From Eledone cirrhosa (taxonomy: Eukaryota): a stretch of DNA of 64,000 bases. Positions 1-15,109 of this stretch are shown one piece after another. Under the pieces are notes generated by a model. That model searched no databases. It worked only from the letters and a program-made list of their open reading frames with translations, and was not told the DNA's origin. Positions within the stretch are counted from its first letter, which is position 1; every line of letters begins with the position of its first letter. A program made the position numbers and the translations under genes. The stretch spans positions 80,600,001 to 80,664,000 of the forward strand of contig OZ024741.1 of assembly GCA_964016885.1 (NCBI GenBank), read 5' to 3'.

Positions 1-26
1 TATATATATATAATTATATATATATT

Positions 27-93
<67 letters not shown>

Positions 94-297
94 ATATAAT
101 TATATATATATATATATAATTATATATATATATATATATATAATTATATATATATATATATAATTATATATATATATATATAATTATATATATATATATA
201 TAATTATATATATATATATAATTATATATATATATATAATTATATATATATATATAATTATATATATATATATATAATTATATATATATATATATAA
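1..297. repeat. (TA)n microsatellite with recurring TATAAT/TTTA variants
   Basis: Directly visible; the same TATAAT variant resumes at 1842 on the other side of the LINE. Confidence 0.97.
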
Positions 298-1539
298 TTG
301 GCATTTGTCGACCTTGAGAAAGCCTTTGACAGAGTTCCACGTGCAGTAATCTGGTGGGCTCTTAGAAAACTAGGAGTAGATGAATGGCTTGTGAAAGCGG
401 TACAAGCCATGTATAGGGGAGCAGTCAGCAAAGTTAGGATTGGCAATGAGTATAGCGAGGAATTTAGCGTACAGGTTGGGGTCCACCAGGGCTCTGTTCT
501 TAGCCCTCTCCTGTTCATCATAGTCCTGCAGGCAATAACGGAGGAGTTTAAGACCGGATGCCCATGGGAACTCCTGTATGCTGATGACCTCGCACTCATA
601 GCTGAATCTATGGTAGAACTAGAGAATAAATTCCAAACCTGGAAGCAGGGACTAGAGAGAAAGGGCCTCAAAGTCAACATGACAAAGACTAAGGTCCTTA
701 TAAGTAGACGAGAAAACAGAACCCAGATCCCCTCAGGGAAATGGCCTTGCTCAGTATGTAGGAAAGGTGTAGGTAGGAACTCCATTCTTTGCCCCAAATG
801 CAAACAATGGGTACACAAGAGATGTAGCGGGATCTCAGGAAGCTTAATTAAGAATGTAGGATTCACATGCAGCAGCTGTGCTGAAACAGCAAGCAAACAG
901 CCACAGGAAACAAGTACCACCAATCTCTGGGAGGGCCCTGTAGAAACAGTAGACAGCTTCTGCTACCTAGGTGACCGAATTAGCAACGGAGGTGGGTGCT
1001 CAGAAAGTACAATAACTAGGGTAAGAACGGGATGGAAGAAGTTTAGGGAACTACTACCACTGCTAGCTGCAAAAGGCTTCTCCCTCAGAATGAAAGGCAG
1101 ACTGTATGATGCGTGTATCCGAACAGCGATGTTGCATGGTAGTGAGACCTGGGCGCTGAAGGTGGAAGACTTACGTAGATTAGAGAGAAACGAAGCCTGC
1201 ATGCTCCGATGGATGTGTAACAGTAATATACGTGAACGACAAAGCATAAATGAATTGAGAGAGAGACTGAGCATAAGAGGAATCAAATGCTGCGTGCAGG
1301 AGAGGCGGTTACGCTGGTATGGACATGTGATGCGTATGAAGGATGACAGCTGCATAAAAAGGTGCAGAGCACTAGAAGTTGATGGAAACCGCGGAGTGGG
1401 GAGACCCAAGATGACTTGGGATGAGATGATAAAAGCCGACCTTACCCAACTACACCTCTCAAAGTCAATGACACACGACCGTGACTTCTGGCGTCACGCA
1501 GTAATACAGGGTACCCGACCTCCCATGGGTACATGCTGA
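298..1539 (+). CDS. Uninterrupted but 5'-truncated non-LTR reverse transcriptase with internal PHD-type zinc finger (748-879)
   Basis: 413-aa ORF; CSVC-x10-CPKC-x4-HKRC-x14-CSSC lies between GLKVNMTKTKVL and [11 protein letters not shown]. Confidence 0.88.
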   Translation: MAFVDLEKAFDRVPRAVIWWALRKLGVDEWLVKAVQAMYRGAVSKVRIGNEYSEEFSVQVGVHQGSVLSPLLFIIVLQAITEEFKTGCPWELLYADDLALIAESMVELENKFQTWKQGLERKGLKVNMTKTKVLISRRENRTQIPSGKWPCSVCRKGVGRNSILCPKCKQWVHKRCSGISGSLIKNVGFTCSSCAETASKQPQETSTTNLWEGPVETVDSFCYLGDRISNGGGCSESTITRVRTGWKKFRELLPLLAAKGFSLRMKGRLYDACIRTAMLHGSETWALKVEDLRRLERNEACMLRWMCNSNIRERQSINELRERLSIRGIKCCVQERRLRWYGHVMRMKDDSCIKRCRALEVDGNRGVGRPKMTWDEMIKADLTQLHLSKSMTHDRDFWRHAVIQGTRPPMGTC

Positions 1540-1841
1540 AGCATATAAACAATATGCCCCCCCCCCCACCGCAAGGTGGTCGTGGAGGTGCCACGGCAAA
1601 AAAGCACCCAGCCCACACTGTAAAGTGGACGTGTAGGCGCCACGAAAAAGCACCCAGCACTCACTGTAAATGAGGTTGGTGTTAGGAAGGGCATCCAGCT
1701 GTAGAAATCAAGCCAGATCAGTTCCTGTATGAGCAAGGCATGGTCAGCCGACCAGACACTGCCCACAACAGGACAACCCGTCTAACCCATGCTAGCGTGG
1801 AAGAACGGACGTAAAACGGTGATGATGATGATGATGATGAT
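298..1841 (+). mobile_element. 5'-truncated RTE-clade LINE, family A (RT C-terminal half, 3' UTR, (GAT)n tail)
   Basis: RT motifs AFVDLEKAFD, GVHQGSVLSP, LLYADD, YLG; RTE-type C-terminus [11 protein letters not shown]...GRPKMTW; tail at ~1819-1841; TA arrays on both sides. Confidence 0.93.
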
Positions 1842-5110
<3,269 letters not shown>

Positions 5111-5575
5111 TTGTGTGTCACGACAAAAAAACACACAGTCCACGCTGTAAATGTGCCCGTGTAGGCAACACGGTAAAAACCTCCCAGCCGCACACTGTAA
5201 ATGTGGTTGGTGTTAGGAAGGGCATCCAGCTGTAGAAAACCCGCCAGACAGTCCACGCTGTAATGTGCCCGTGTAGGCAACACGGTAAAAACCTCCCAGC
5301 CCCACACTGTAAATGTGGTTGGTGTTAGGAAGGGCATCCAGCTGTAGAAAACCCGCCAGACAGTCCACGCTGTAATGTGGCCGTGTAGGCAACACGGTAA
5401 AACCCTCCCAGCCCCACACTGTAAATGTGGTTGGTGTTAGGAAGGGCATCCAACTGTAGAAAACCCGCCAGACAGTCCTATGCGAGCAAGACAACCACTC
5501 TTGCCTCAAGTGGGAAAACCCCCGTCCAAACCCATGCAAGCGTGGAACACGGACGCTAAACCTGATGATGATGAT
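5111..5575 (+). mobile_element. RTE family B 3' UTR fragment with a ~112-bp unit triplicated and a (GAT)n tail
   Basis: Matches 3' UTR of 23758-25926; ACAGTCCACGCTGTAA recurs at ~5135, 5248 and 5360. Confidence 0.88.
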
Positions 5576-5601
5576 ATATATATATATATATATTTATATA
5601 T

Positions 5602-5962
5602 TAGAAAGTGAGGTTTTTTTTACAAAATGAAAAATAACCGAGGTGTCCTACACGAGTGGAAGTATAAAGAAAAAGGGATGAAATCGAAAATGCAACTGAA
5701 GTCTTATTTTTTTTTAAAATATATATATTTATTTGGTTCCTTTACCGGTTTCGCAGTTCTTCTGCTTTTCAAAAGGCGAGTTGAGATGGAGGGTCTGTGG
5801 TTTTTCTCACAGATGTGAGAAAAACCACAGACCCTCCATCTCAACTCACCTTTTCAAAAGCAGAAGAACTGCGAAACCGGTAAAGGAACCAAATAAATAT
5901 ATATATTTAAAAAAAAAATAAGACTTCAGTTGCATTTTCGATTTCATCCCTTTTTCTTTATA
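5602..5962 (-). mobile_element. Fold-back element P1 (PLE-like inverted terminal repeat), ~148-bp arms with a 4-nt loop
   Basis: 5663-5810 is the near-perfect reverse complement of 5815-5962; unique extension 5602-5662; contains a hammerhead motif. Confidence 0.75.
5739..5776 (-). ncRNA. Minimal type I hammerhead ribozyme motif, U3-A8 core variant
   Basis: Minus strand reads CCUU-UUGAAAA-GCAG(aagaa)CUGC-GAAA-CCGG-UA-AAGG, with helix I, helix II and palindromic ACCGGU helix III. Confidence 0.75.
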
Positions 5963-6008
5963 TTTATATATATATATTTATATATATATATATTTATATA
6001 TATATATT

Positions 6009-6101
<93 letters not shown>

Positions 6102-6174
6102 ATATATTTATATTTATATATATATATTTATATTTATATATATATATTTATATTTATATATATATATTTATATT

Positions 6175-6267
<93 letters not shown>

Positions 6268-6268
6268 T

Positions 6269-6299
<31 letters not shown>

Positions 6300-6300
6300 T

Positions 6301-6337
<37 letters not shown>

Positions 6338-6338
6338 A

Positions 6339-6390
<52 letters not shown>

Positions 6391-6486
6391 TATATTTATA
6401 TATTTATATATATATATATATTTATATATATATTTATATAATTATATATATATATATTTATATATATATATTTATATATATATATT

Positions 6487-6520
<34 letters not shown>

Positions 6521-6546
6521 TATATATATATATATATTTATATATT

Positions 6547-6581
<35 letters not shown>

Positions 6582-6622
6582 TTATATATATATATTTATA
6601 TATATATATATATTTATATATT

Positions 6623-6661
<39 letters not shown>

Positions 6662-6718
6662 ATATTTATATATATATTTATATATATATATATTTATATA
6701 TTTATATATATATATATT

Positions 6719-6751
<33 letters not shown>

Positions 6752-7204
6752 TTATATATATATATTTATTTATATATATATTTATATATATATTTATATA
6801 TATATATTTACATATATATTTATATATATATTTATTTATATATATATTATATATATTCATTTATATATATATTATATATTTATTTATATATATATTATAT
6901 ATATTTATTTATATATATATTTATATATATTTATATATATATTTATTTATATATATATTATATATATTTATTTATATATATATTTATATATATTTATATA
7001 TATATTTATTTATATATATATTTATATATATTTATTTATATATATATTTATATATATTTATTTATATATTTATTTATATATATATTTATATATATATATT
7101 TATATATATATTTATATATATATATTTATTTATATATATATTATATATATTTATTTATATATATATTTATATATATATTTATTTATATGTATATTTATTT
7201 ATAT
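5963..7204. repeat. (TA)n/(TATT) microsatellite array
   Basis: Directly visible. Confidence 0.95.
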
Positions 7205-7337
7205 ATATGCAAAAGTTTTATTTAAAATTGTTGGGTTACAAGTAAATATTTTATAACCGATATAAAGCACTCGACAAGTTTTTGGAGTAGATATACGATA
7301 TTAAACAAATGGAAACTATATTTATAAAACCATATTT

Positions 7338-7401
7338 ATTTCATTATATATATTTCAGGGATATCATATTAAAAATATGGCATGCCTTCGTCAGATAAAA
7401 T
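7338..7401 (-). ncRNA. Type I hammerhead motif with long helix II (P2 left arm)
   Basis: Minus strand: AUUUUAU-CUGACGA-helix II-GAAA-UAUAUA-UA-AUGAAAU. Confidence 0.75.
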
Positions 7402-8448
7402 AGAATATATAAACTGTTTTATAAATAATTTTGACGTACCATAAATATAAGCGACCATTAAGGTAGGAAGCTGGCTTGGTAGTGAGGTGTTTATAATTAT
7501 TTAGTTATAGTGTTAAGCACAGTTAGAAAGAAAGACGGAGAGAAAGAGGAAATGTATGTAAAGAAAAACATAGAAATAGAGAGAAATAGGGGAGAGATAA
7601 AGAAGGAGGAGGTGAAAAAAGAGAGGCAACCGAAGGCAACAGATGAATAATAATAATTCACCATACAAATAGAGAGATTTCAGAGAGAGGGAGTACAGTA
7701 ATTATTTAGTTATAGTGTTAAGCACAGTTAGAGAAGAGACGGAGAGAGAAAAAAATGGAGATGAAGAGAAAACAGAGAGAGAGAGAGGTGGGAGGAAAAG
7801 AAAGAGGGAGAAAAAATAATAATAGTTATATAGGGGGAGGTGAAAACCAAGAGAGAAATAAGAGAGAAACATGAGAGGCAAAGTCAAAGTGACAGATACA
7901 TAAACTTCATCATATATAAAGAGAGAGGAGAAGAAAGAGCTATATTTAGAGAGAGGGATGATAGTTACATCTTTACGTCATGTCCTATCAATTTGAATTA
8001 TCAATTCATATGAACTGGGTAATATAATGTAAATATCAATATTCATGAATGAGACATAGATATATAATGTGTGAAAATAATTTTGCTCAATAATGACCAT
8101 ATTTTTAGTTTAAAACTCTGAGGTCAATGTACCAAAATCTGAGATAAATCTTCAAAAAATTACCCGATTTATAAAAAGAAAAAGAGAAAGTTATGTCAAG
8201 CTCTAGTCGATAATATAGACATACACATGACTTTACGTGATCAATTCTATAATCAATTCTATTTCTCTCTATTTCTCTCTGTTTTTCTTTACATACATTT
8301 CCTCTTTCTCTCCATCTTTCTTTCTAACTGTGCTTAACACTATAACTAAATAATTATAAACACCTCACTACCAAGCCAGCTTCCTACCTTAATGGTCGCT
8401 TATATTTATGGTACGTCAAAATTATTTATAAAACAGTTTATATATTGT

Positions 8449-8512
8449 ATTTTATCTGACGAAGGCATGCCATATTTTTAATATGGTATCCCTGAAATAT
8501 ATATAATGAAAT
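8449..8512 (+). ncRNA. Type I hammerhead motif with long helix II (P2 right arm)
   Basis: ATTTTAT-CTGACGA-AGGCATGCCATATT(ttt)AATATGGTATCCCT-GAAA-TATATA-TA-ATGAAAT. Confidence 0.78.
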
Positions 8513-9679
8513 AAATATGGTTTTATAAATATAGTTTCCATTTGTTTAATATCGTATATATTTATATATATATTTATATATATATTTATATATATATATA
8601 TTTTATATTTATATTTATATATATTTATATATATATATATATATATATAGGTAAAGTTACACACACATATTAAAGATTACAGATAAATAGAATGAAAGTA
8701 GAAATGCATAAAAATGTATTTAGAGAATGTCTCTTTAATCCAACAAAACAAATATGATAATTGGTAAATTCAATTTTTATCATATTTTTCGATTGATTAT
8801 GACAATCTTTATCATCATTGCCATTTAATGTTTATTTCCCATGCTTGCATGGGTTAGAGAGGCTATAATGTTAAGAGACCTAACAGCTCAGGTGACCATG
8901 CCTTGCTCATACAATCTGTTTTTGGTTTAGTTTTCTATGGTTGGGTGCTCGTCTTAATGCCAACCACTTTACAGGTTGGGTTGGGTGCCATTGTCATCGT
9001 GCCAACATGACCACCTTACATGTTACTAAATTGTGTTGTCATATTTCGTGAGTTAAGTATATTTTCCAAATGTGACAATATACAGTATATATATATGGAA
9101 AATAAACTTATAATCTATGTTCATGACCTGTGTTGTTTAGTTTTATCTTGTTTGTCACCTCTATCTCTTTTATATGTTTCCTTTTGTGAATAGTTTTTGT
9201 TTTCATTTTTTTGTTGTTTTTCTATTTTACTTTTTTTCTTTCCTCCTTTCATTTTTCCTTCTCTTCCTTTGTCTTTGTTTCTGTTTTCTTTCTCTTTCTT
9301 GACACATTTAATGTGCTTCATACATGTCTCTTTCACTATTGGCATTTGTTCTTCAATTCTTGTTTTTGTCTTTCTTTCTCTCTTCTTCCTTCTGTAAGTG
9401 TATGGTATAATGAGAGAGAGAGAGAGAGAGATGGGTGGTGGTGGAGAAAGAAGTGGAGTGGGACATGTTTTCCAGGACAGCCAATATGGCACTGAATATC
9501 TTGCAATATTAGTGATTCTGGTGAGTGTTCAAATCTTGTTGAAGATAACTTTGAAGTTAACCCTACCAATAGTGATTTAAAAAAAAAAAAAAAAGACAAA
9601 ACAAAAGTAGTAGTGTTAATTTTATTGCCTTCTCTCCGAAAAATATTGTGTCCTTGTTCTAAGAATCATCAACGTACTG

Positions 9680-10465
9680 GGTGGAGTGCTTTGCAGTATT
9701 TGTTCTGGTTCTTTATATTCCGAGTTTAAATCCTGCCATGATTAACTTTTTCATACATCCTTTCAGATGAAATAAAGTACCAGTCCAATACTGGGGTTGA
9801 TTTAATTGACTTCTCCTCTCTCTCAAGATTACTCGCCCTTGTGCCTAAAGTAGAAATCATTATGATGGATTGGCAGTATCGGCAGAGGGTCGGACGCCAT
9901 GCTTTGCAGCAAAGAGTTACGGCCCTTTATGGTCTGAGTTTAAATCCCGCTGAGGTTAACTTTGCCTTTCATCCTTACGGGGTCGATAAAATAAAGTACC
10001 AGTAATACACTGGGATAATTGCTGGCCTTGTGCCCAAAATAGAAACAATTATTATTTGTGGGGTTCCTAACGTTACCCCTAGGTGGTATCCCTGCACCCC
10101 CACCCATTGGGGAATTCTGTTGATATTTTATTTTTTTGTTTGTTTTGTTATTTTTTTTACTCATCTTTGTGTTGTCCTCTATGTTCGGCCCTTGTGGCCA
10201 ATAATAAAGAAATCATCATTATCATCATTATTATTATGGTGGTGGATTGGCAGTATCAGTAGAGCATCGGCCAACATGCTTTATGGCATAAAGTTATGGC
10301 ATTTTGTGTTCTAATTTCAAATCCTGCCAAAGTTAGCTTTGCCTTTCATCCTTTCATATGGGGGTTCAATAAAATAAAGTACCAGTAATGCACTGGAGTC
10401 GATTTAATCGACTTTCCCTTCCCCTTCAAATGGCCCTGTGCCTAAAGTAGAAATCATCATTATTA
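9680..10465 (+). mobile_element. Cluster of three tRNA-derived SINEs with Nin/Deu-like central domain (~9680-9860, 9865-10055, 10238-10465), plus a short LINE-like 3' tail (~10060-10215)
   Basis: Shared GGATTGGCAGTATC head, B-box-like GAGTT(C/T)AAATCC, GCCTTTCATCCTT..GGGGTCGATAAAATAAAGTACCAG core and (ATT)n tail. Confidence 0.72.
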
Positions 10466-10594
10466 TTGTAGGATAGAAAATATTTGTCTTTTATTCTGAC
10501 TTACAACAATTACCTTTAAGGAAGGCATGAATATCAGCACTTCTTATTTTCCCAACGGGGAAACTTTATACATAAGAATGAAATTATTGCTGTT

Positions 10595-10798
10595 TTAACT
10601 CTTTTGATACCAAATCACTGGTTAAAGTGTTTGTTTATTTATCACAATTTTATGTAAGAAGTTTTATTATGTTCCAAATACCAACATAATATTGAGAAAA
10701 TTATTTTACTAAATCCCCACAAATTCTTGATTATTTTAAAAATGATTTTAAAATTATAGGCAGTGTTTTTAATAGAAATAGAATAACAAAACAGTTAT
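10595..10798. mobile_element. Degenerate piggyBac-like MITE
   Basis: TTAACTCTTTTGATACC start; internal similarity to 58782-59031. Confidence 0.5.
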
Positions 10799-11377
10799 AG
10801 ATTTGGAAATAGAAACTCTCAATACATTATTTTAGGTTGTTTTATCTGGACATTTGCTGCATATACTTGTGTATAAATCATATTAATAAATACATCACAG
10901 TCTTATTTCATATACATCATTTACAATATATCATAGATTTTGAATTGAGGTTTTTTAGGTCCAGTAGCTAGGTTGTATGCTGGGATTTCTTGCTGCATTT
11001 TTGTGGGAAATAATGTGACTTATACATGAGTATATATGATACACACATGTACACACAAATACTATACATATTTGCATGCACACACCTCCTTTTTACATAC
11101 AACATTTACAATGTACCATATATACTGAATTGAGGTTTTGTCCGATAGACAAGTTACATCCTGGTTTTTCTTCTTGGTATTTTTGTGGGAATAAATGTGG
11201 CTTATAAGTACATACAGTGTATATACAAGTATTATGGTATATGCTTGTGTATAAGTCATATCAGTAAAGTCACCCGTCCATATTACATACAACATTTACA
11301 ATGTACCATATACCAATCGACAAGACACATGCTGGTTTTTCTCATTGTATTTGCATGGAAAAATGTGTGACTTACAT

Positions 11378-11564
11378 CAGTGGCGAAGGGTAACCTGGAA
11401 AGCAGGCGGAAAGTGGGGCTGTGCAGCCCCCCCCCCCCCCAATTCCCTCTAAATGATCCTCCCGGTCAAAGCCGCATGTAGTGTTATCAAGTGTGTGTGT
11501 GTTATCTTTTTATGTGTCTACGATTTAGTAAGCAGTCAAAATTCTGCTTGCCCCAAAGCTGTCA

Positions 11565-11595
<31 letters not shown>

Positions 11596-11964
11596 ATCTT
11601 TTTATGTGCATACGATTTAGTAAGCAGTCAAAATTCTGCTTGCCCCAAAGCTGTCGTGTGTATGTGTTTGTGTGTATCTTTTTGTGTGTCTACGATTTAG
11701 TAAGCAGTAAAAATTCTGCTTGCCCCAAAGCTGTCGTGTGTATGTGTTTGTGTGTATCTTTTTATGTGTCTACGATTTAGTAAGCAGTCAAAATTCTGCT
11801 TGCCCCAAAGCTGTCGTGTGTATGTGTTTGTGTGTATGTGTGTGTCTGTGTTATCTATTTTTGTGTCTATACGTTTTAGTAAGCAGCCAAAATTTTGCTT
11901 GCTTCAACCGACGCAATTGATCAACTCAAGATTTTATAACGCATGCACGGACCCTTCGCCCCTG
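11378..11964. mobile_element. Non-autonomous hAT-type transposon containing five ~80-bp tandem units
   Basis: TIRs CAGTGGCGAAGGGT / ACCCTTCGCCCCTG; perfect 8-bp TSD ACTTACAT at 11370-11377 and 11965-11972; units at ~11519, 11611, 11691, 11771, 11870. Confidence 0.88.
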
Positions 11965-12058
11965 ACTTACATATGAGTATACACTTCACACCCACACTGT
12001 GTATAAGTGTGAGTTATACATGCTTATACTTGGTAGCTATTATTAAGACCAAATTGGA

Positions 12059-12260
12059 TGGGGATGGATTGGCAGAATTGGTAGAGCATCAGACAAAATG
12101 CCTTTGCAGTATTTGTTCTGGCTCTTTACATTTTGTGTACAAGTCCTGCTGAGGCCAGCTTTGGCTTTCATCCTTCTGGGCTTGATAAAATACTGGGGTC
12201 AATATAATCGATTTTCTTTATTTTCAAAAATTGCAGGGCTTGTGCCTAAATTAGAAATCT
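12059..12260 (+). mobile_element. Degenerate Nin/Deu-like tRNA SINE
   Basis: GGATTGGCAGAATTGGTAGAG head; CTTTCATCCTT..GATAAAATA; CTTGTGCCTAAATTAGAAA end. Confidence 0.6.
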
Positions 12261-12592
12261 TTAATAAAACCAAAGTCACTAATGAAGTGGAACATTAATT
12301 TTTCCTTCTGATAGTAAAATTTCAGAATTACTAAATGACTGCCCCAAATATCAATCTTCTGGAAAATATTGGGTTCCTATGGAGCCTTGTTGACACAGCA
12401 ATCTTGTTTGTTGTTTCAAATTATACTATTACAGTAAAATATATATTTTCCTGGAATTTTCATCTTCATCATCAAACACATTCACTAAATGGATATTATA
12501 CAAGCTCCTTTATCTAAAACAAGATACTTTATTCACACACACACATGCACACATAGAGAAAGTGAACTGGACATAAAATGATGATAATGATA

Positions 12593-12653
<61 letters not shown>

Positions 12654-13036
12654 ATTCACACACACGTATATTATGTATATACATACAAATACATACACAT
12701 TTTACTATTTCATACAACATTTTGTATTTGAAAGCGCCCTTCTCTCAGCATCATGTATCAAACAATCAAAATCTCTTTCATCTGTTTACAATGAAAGAGA
12801 TTTAACTAATCTTCGCTAACCAAAACTAGGAAAAATAAAGGAATAAAATTTTTGATATAAAATTCTTAGATCTATGAAGACAGCAAGAAAAAGAGATCCA
12901 CAAGGAAATTGCTGTAATGTGTTGTATGATGATAATGCTAAGTTGTATAGTAGTAATACTAAATAGTATATTATATTGTGTTGTAAATTAGTTCAAATGA
13001 TGACCATATTATAAGATTCACTTATATTATATGTAC

Positions 13037-13195
13037 AGGCATGACTATGTGGTTAAGGAGTTCGCTTTGCAACCACATAGTTTCTGGCTCAGTCCTACTG
13101 TATGGCATCTTGGGCAAGTGTTTTCGACTATAGCCTTGGAGCAGCTAATGCTTTGAGTGAAGTTGGTAAACAAAAATTGTAAGGGTACCTGTCAC
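13037..13195 (+). mobile_element. Degenerate tRNA-head SINE of a second family
   Basis: GGCATGACTATGTGGTTAAG head and CTTGGGCAAGTG core; inverted relative at 13940-14105. Confidence 0.5.
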
Positions 13196-13939
13196 ATATA
13201 TATATAGTGTATCTGTCTGTCTGTCTGTGTTTCCTGTAAGTGATTGATTTGACAAAAAGATATTGAAAAAATAAGTACTGAAGTTGATATAATCAACTAA
13301 ATCCCTTTAAAGTGATGCCTCTGTATGGACTCAGATGATGACTGAAATCAGTAAAAGAATAAAAGAATATATGACATTTTAAAAAAATTTGATAACACTT
13401 TTAACATTTTAGTATTTACATTACTTTATATTTACTTTTATATTTTCATGGTAAGAGCGTTACCTCACATAATTATCTCACATAATATAAAATCTAAGAG
13501 ATTTTGATATTATTTATTTCAAAAGCAATACATTAACATCAGTATGAGTGGTCGGTTATAGCCGGTTTGAACAGAAAAAGGTGAGAGAATTCTGGCTGGA
13601 TACAGCCGGTTTAAATGCAAAAAGTTTAATAACATTAATGATATTATATATTTCCAAAATTTCACCATATTTGTTTTGTGTTGCATAATCACTATTTTTG
13701 TTATGCTTGCATGGGTTGGATGAGGCTCCTTTTCTGGTTTGGCAGGTTTTCTCTGCTGAGATGCTCTTCCTGATGCCAAACCATACTTTCTAGTTATGGT
13801 ACATGCTGCTGGCACTTTGTTGATCTGCTACTCTCCCAGATACATTGCTTATGGGAGACAAAAACAACTGTCCAATGCAGGCTTTTTAGAAGTGGTGTCA
13901 ATATGATGTTTGAATATGCACATACATACACATACATAT

Positions 13940-14104
13940 ATATGGTGAGCATCATACAGTTTCTTTCCATCTACCAAATATACTCACAAAGCATTGGTTG
14001 GTTCAGGGCTATAATTAAAGATACTCGCCCAAGGTGCCACACAATGGGATAGAACCCAAGACAATGTGGTTGTGAAGAAAACTTCTTAACCACACAGCCA
14101 AGCT

Positions 14105-14105
<1 letters not shown>
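13940..14105 (-). mobile_element. Degenerate tRNA-head SINE (same family as 13037)
   Basis: Reverse complement gives TGGCTGTGTGGTTAAGAAG...GGCACCTTGGGCGAGT. Confidence 0.5.
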
Positions 14106-14151
<46 letters not shown>

Positions 14152-14500
14152 CTATATATATATATATATATATAATCATTTGGTATGAATTTGTCAGTCT
14201 ATATTAGTTTCAGTAGAAACTAGATTGGTAATAAGATTTAGCTAATGATTGGCCATTGGTTTATTAAACTAATTTTCAAATCATAAAAAGCTTTCATTTG
14301 GATGATAAATGTCTCCCTGTAGACCGGTGTAGAGTTTAACTTAGGAAACCGGAATTATGTGAAAACTGAAAGACGTCACTGCTCCTGGTAGTAAGGTTTT
14401 ATTATGGATTATACTGGCTATATACCAAATCGTTGACTATATTTGGGTTGGCTAAGATTAAAATAATTATGGCTTTAATATACAAAAGGTGTTGCTGGCT

Positions 14501-14849
14501 TTAACTATTTTAATACAATCTTGCCTGAGACTGCCTGTTATTCTATATACAGGACCTCATGTCTTAAAGTGTTTATATTTAGTGGTATATTCAAATTAAG
14601 ACCTTTTGTTATAATTCTATGTAAGAATGTTTATAATGAAGAAGTTATAGATTTTACTAAATCCTTCCAAATTCTTCTTTACAAAATAATTTGAAACATA
14701 TATGCAGTGTTAATAATATGCACTAACACTGGTTAGTGCTTTTTTGGAATTAAAGGGAAATAATTGTTTCTACTTTAGGCACAAGGCCAGCAATTACCCA
14801 GTGCATTAGGGAAATAATATCATTACAAATATGCTAATGAAAGGGTTAA
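14501..14849. mobile_element. piggyBac-like MITE interrupted by a 98-bp templated insertion
   Basis: TTAAC..TTTTAATAC left end, AAAGGGTTAA right end; internal similarity to other copies. Confidence 0.55.
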
Positions 14850-15109
14850 GTAGTGTTAATTTTGTTAATAGATCTTAGCATTAGATTTGAAATGTGAAAT
14901 CGCTTTGGCTATCATTTAGATATTATATATGATTAAACACAGCGAAAAGAAGAAAAATGGTAAAAGAAATATAGTATTTATCCAAAAGAATATAAAATTG
15001 CTTTCTTACATGGATTCAGGGTTTTAGAATTGAACGAAATGATATTGTGCAGTGTTAATTAGTATTGTAAGGAAATGAAATTTTGTTGAGCATCATGATC
15101 ATCTTCATC

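Larger units (their letters stand above)
7205..8557. mobile_element. Fold-back element P2 (PLE-like): ~300-bp inverted arms (~7282-7590 / ~8260-8557) around a purine-rich, partly duplicated spacer
   Basis: Arms are reverse complements and each has a hammerhead motif; ATTATTTAGTTATAGTGTTAAGCACAGTTAGA is duplicated at ~7496 and 7701; same family at 45795. Confidence 0.75.

Noticed and set aside
258-1766. Antisense ORFs over LINE copies (e.g. 258-923, 963-1409, 1494-1766)
   Set aside because: Shadow frames of the RT ORF or UTR, recurring only because the repeat recurs
11490-11905. Hairpin-containing repeats with variable gaps as CRISPR
   Set aside because: The gaps are near-identical (TG)-rich sequence and the array lies within a TIR/TSD-bounded transposon
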